Shown here: positions 61,331 through 64,000 of the stretch, one piece after another
How the letters are laid out: each line of letters starts with the position of its first letter
How positions within the stretch are numbered: position 1 is the stretch's first letter
Assembly (NCBI GenBank): GCA_001771275.1
Contig: METE01000001.1
Location: 55,158-119,157, forward strand
Direction: 5' to 3'
Length of the DNA: 64,000 nucleotides
Source: a candidate division Kazan bacterium RIFCSPLOWO2_01_FULL_48_13
GTDB lineage: Bacteria; Patescibacteriota; Kazan-3B-28; UBA10110
Position numbers and translations under genes: made by a program
Notes under the pieces: model-generated
Told to the model about the DNA's origin: nothing
The model's database searches: none
Seen by the model: only the letters and a program-made list of their open reading frames with translations

Positions 61331-61849
61331 TTATTCGTCTTCCAGGGCCGCGGTGTTCTCACCAGCGGTTCTTGTCTTATTCTGGCCCTGTTGATTATAT
61401 TTCCATCTGGGAATAACACTCCAAAAATGGAAGTTGCCATCACCAACACGCCGCACTATTACTCGGCACTTAATCCTCTTATCTTTGTCGAGCGACTCAA
61501 AGGCATAGTATTGAACCATACTGGTCTTTCTGAACCCATCATGCCCAACTTTACCTACGGGCTGTAAAACCGTCCTATAGTATTGCAGGGTCCCAGATGC
61601 TCGTATTGTGTCGACAACGTATGTTATCAACAGTTTAAACTTTATGAGTTGCATTATTTTTGGACGCTCAGACCGCGCACCGTCATATCTCAAGTGGTGC
61701 CAACCATCCGAGGTAAAACTGACTGTATTTTGCAAATACGGACAGGTGATTGGGGGCAAACCATTATAATAGCTCTCGGCCTTTTGCTTAATTTTAAGAA
61801 ATGCCGGTCGATCAAATTGAATTTTATTTACCTTGGATGGTACATACAT
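61331..61849 (-). CDS. Hypothetical protein, possibly a RelE/BECR-like RNase fold
   Basis: CPYL...V.FTSDGWHHL, RVIVR..G.G.FHFWSVIP; fold call is weak. Confidence 0.5.
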   Translation of the reverse strand: MYVPSKVNKIQFDRPAFLKIKQKAESYYNGLPPITCPYLQNTVSFTSDGWHHLRYDGARSERPKIMQLIKFKLLITYVVDTIRASGTLQYYRTVLQPVGKVGHDGFRKTSMVQYYAFESLDKDKRIKCRVIVRRVGDGNFHFWSVIPRWKYNQQGQNKTRTAGENTAALEDE

Positions 61850-62018
61850 GTCAGATATTGATCTTCAAAATAATTCAAATTTCGGAAGTTATTGGGCCCG
61901 GTCGAGGGGGTTGGTGAAGCGGAGGTAGAAGCCGAAGGGGTCTTTCATGCCCTAAGTATACGCCTTGCCAGAATCCGCCTCCAGAGCTACAATAATGCTT
62001 CCGAGGAGGTGAAGCCGG

Positions 62019-62600
62019 ATGAACACCCTAAGCGTCGTGCTTAGCTGCATCATCCCATTCGTTCACTTCTCCGCGTTCATTATCTACTACAGAGCAGTAG
62101 CGAGAGGCCAATCCACCCTTTACACCGCCATGTGGGTGCTCACCATCGTCAGCTCCATCCTAAATGGAGTAACCTATTTGGCGATGACCAGAAGCCTGGT
62201 AATGAGCGCCACACCAGTCACCAACGCCGTCGCCGTATGCGGCGTGTTAATTATTGGCTGGCGGTATCGGAAGTTCCGACCATTCCAAACGCTAGACTGG
62301 GTGGTACTGGGAATTGGATCGGTAGTAATTGGACTATGGATAACATCTGGCAACGCCAGCTACGCGAATCTATTACTCCAATTAGCATTGATGTTGGCGA
62401 TCATCCCGGCATACGCAGGAGTATGGCAAGGCGAACGAGAAAATCCATGGCCCTGGGCCCTGTGGTCCGTTTCTCACATCATTAACCTATCCATCCTGTT
62501 TATGCTCTGGAACGACAGCTACAATGCGTTCGTATCGCCCATTTTGTACATCATCGCCAATACTGGCATGGTGATGCTGATAATGCGGAGAAGATCATAG
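62019..62600 (+). CDS. Hypothetical polytopic membrane protein
   Basis: ~7 TM helices, IP.Y...W...EN..PW.LW. Confidence 0.7.
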   Translation: MNTLSVVLSCIIPFVHFSAFIIYYRAVARGQSTLYTAMWVLTIVSSILNGVTYLAMTRSLVMSATPVTNAVAVCGVLIIGWRYRKFRPFQTLDWVVLGIGSVVIGLWITSGNASYANLLLQLALMLAIIPAYAGVWQGERENPWPWALWSVSHIINLSILFMLWNDSYNAFVSPILYIIANTGMVMLIMRRRS

Positions 62601-62630
62601 GCCGGCAATGCAAATTGACCGGCCCATTTT

Positions 62631-63233
62631 TTATTTAATACCTTTAATTAGCTCGACAAGTTCGGGGAATTCGGGTTGGGTAAAGTGATCGCCGCCCTGG
62701 ATAGTTACGAGCTTGGCATTGGGCAATTCTTTGAGATATTTTTCGGCATGGCTGTAAGGAACAATCGGGTCTGCGTCGCCGTGGACTATATATATGTTGC
62801 TGCATTGCTGGGCAAGTTGAGCCAAGGGTTTTGTCAGCACAAAATCAGCCAACGGGGGCTCGAGGCCTTCACTATCGTATGGCGGCGAAACCAAAACAAC
62901 GGCTTTGATTTTCTTTGGAAAAATGTTTTCCGAGAGATATTTCGGTAAAAATATTCCGCCCAAAGAGTGGCCAACTAGAATCAAATCGTCATCGAGGAAC
63001 GGAAACATTTTTTCAAACCAAATCTTCCATTCTTCGTAGCGAGCGTTTTCCGAGTTCGGCATCTCGGGCGTAAACACCTGATACCCCTCCCCTAATCGTT
63101 CCGCCAAAGTTCTCTTCCACCGTTTTTTGGGGAGAAACTCCTCGATCTCGGGCTGGTACGCTTTGAGGTTTTTTATATACTCCTCGTACGATCTAAAATC
63201 TTCTCCGCCGTGAATCAATACAACCTGCTGCAT
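62631..63233 (-). CDS. Alpha/beta hydrolase (RBBP9/YdeN-like)
   Basis: IHGG, GHSLGG, HG..DP.VP, GDHF. Confidence 0.88.
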   Translation of the reverse strand: MQQVVLIHGGEDFRSYEEYIKNLKAYQPEIEEFLPKKRWKRTLAERLGEGYQVFTPEMPNSENARYEEWKIWFEKMFPFLDDDLILVGHSLGGIFLPKYLSENIFPKKIKAVVLVSPPYDSEGLEPPLADFVLTKPLAQLAQQCSNIYIVHGDADPIVPYSHAEKYLKELPNAKLVTIQGGDHFTQPEFPELVELIKGIK

Positions 63234-63243
63234 ATATTTTGAG

Positions 63244-63765
63244 TTACAAATAATTTAATATTTCTGGGAAAGGAGATTCGCCGAAGTGGCCCTTGTCTGG
63301 CAGAATGATCGGTTTAACTTCCAGCAGGTTGGCCCACTGCCGAGCGTGCTTAACTGGTACATAGGGATCGTCTTCGGAGCCGATGACCGTAAACTCCGTA
63401 TCAATCAGCGCTTGAGCCGGGATACCCCACGACTTCTCCAAGAAATTATTGATATCCGGTATCTCAATTATCTTTTCAAACGGAGCAGCAACTAATATAA
63501 CCTGCCCGGGTTTGCCGCCCGCTTCAACATACCGCATGGCTAAAGTTCCACCAAGACTGTGGCCGATGACGGTTCCTTCACCATTGGTTTTGATGGCCGC
63601 CTGCAGAGTCGCCATCCACTCGTCGAGTTGCGGCGCCTCGGTATGCGGCAGTAACGGGACGATAACTTTACCTCCCAGCTTTTCTAATTCCGCCTTCAGC
63701 CACGGAAACCAGTTTTCTTCGGGATAACCGTTATACCCATGCAAAATGTAATAGATTTTATGCAT
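63244..63765 (-). CDS. Alpha/beta hydrolase (RBBP9/YdeN-like)
   Basis: HGY...PEENWFPWL, GHSLGG, DDPYVP, GHF. Confidence 0.9.
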   Translation of the reverse strand: MHKIYYILHGYNGYPEENWFPWLKAELEKLGGKVIVPLLPHTEAPQLDEWMATLQAAIKTNGEGTVIGHSLGGTLAMRYVEAGGKPGQVILVAAPFEKIIEIPDINNFLEKSWGIPAQALIDTEFTVIGSEDDPYVPVKHARQWANLLEVKPIILPDKGHFGESPFPEILNYL

Positions 63766-64000
63766 TGCGACGGATAAAGAGAACCTTGTTGCCGTCGGGA
63801 TCCAGGAGGCTAAACTCTTTGCCCCACGGCTTTTCGGTTATCTCGGTGTATAGTTTTAGCCCTATATCTTTTATTTTCTGGTAGGTAGTTTCAATTTGAG
63901 AATCGGAGATAAACACTGTCTGGTGTCCCGGTTTCTCCCGTTCCTCAGAGGTAGTTTTAACCCCCAGCCGACCGCCGCCCTGGAATATAAACGAAACGAA
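63758..64000 (-). CDS. VOC/glyoxalase family protein (5' end outside window)
   Basis: ...EITEKPWAKEFSLLDPDGNKVLF...*. Confidence 0.75.
   Translation of the reverse strand, partial: FVSFIFQGGGRLGVKTTSEEREKPGHQTVFISDSQIETTYQKIKDIGLKLYTEITEKPWGKEFSLLDPDGNKVLFIRRNA

Overview
Chromosomal segment of a bacterium that looks like CPR/Patescibacteria. That placement is inferred from the intron-rich 23S rRNA unlinked from 16S, the apparently leaderless genes and the gene content. Housekeeping genes are udk, thrS, miaA, proS, argS, a YifB/ComM ATPase, tRNA-Val, tRNA-Pro, RNase P RNA, and 23S and 5S rRNA. The 23S gene carries five group I introns (approx. E. coli positions 1931, 1951, 2500, 2593, 2656), four encoding LAGLIDADG endonucleases; one sits in the sarcin-ricin loop and one appears to end in A rather than G. 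Two paralogous, oppositely oriented surface loci each encode a small WxL-like subunit, a GT-C-like membrane protein, a DUF916-like/LysM protein and a large adhesin with a C-terminal WxL-like domain, and each lies next to its own glycan cluster. One adhesin has three tandem phage-tail-fibre-like HxH repeats. Palindromic elements are abundant and fall into three groups. (i) GTCAT...ATGAC and CCATCTCCAG...CTGGGGATGG hairpins flank three small GIY-YIG genes (one inside RNase P RNA) and recur as 81-nt in-frame insertions in proteins and at RNA helix tips. (ii) CCCGT(T)AGA...TCT(A)ACGGG elements sit on start codons. (iii) A covarying ~200-nt motif occurs in two copies. An unexplained ~630-nt structured RNA candidate lies upstream of thrS. 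All family calls are from motif recognition by eye, not database searches.
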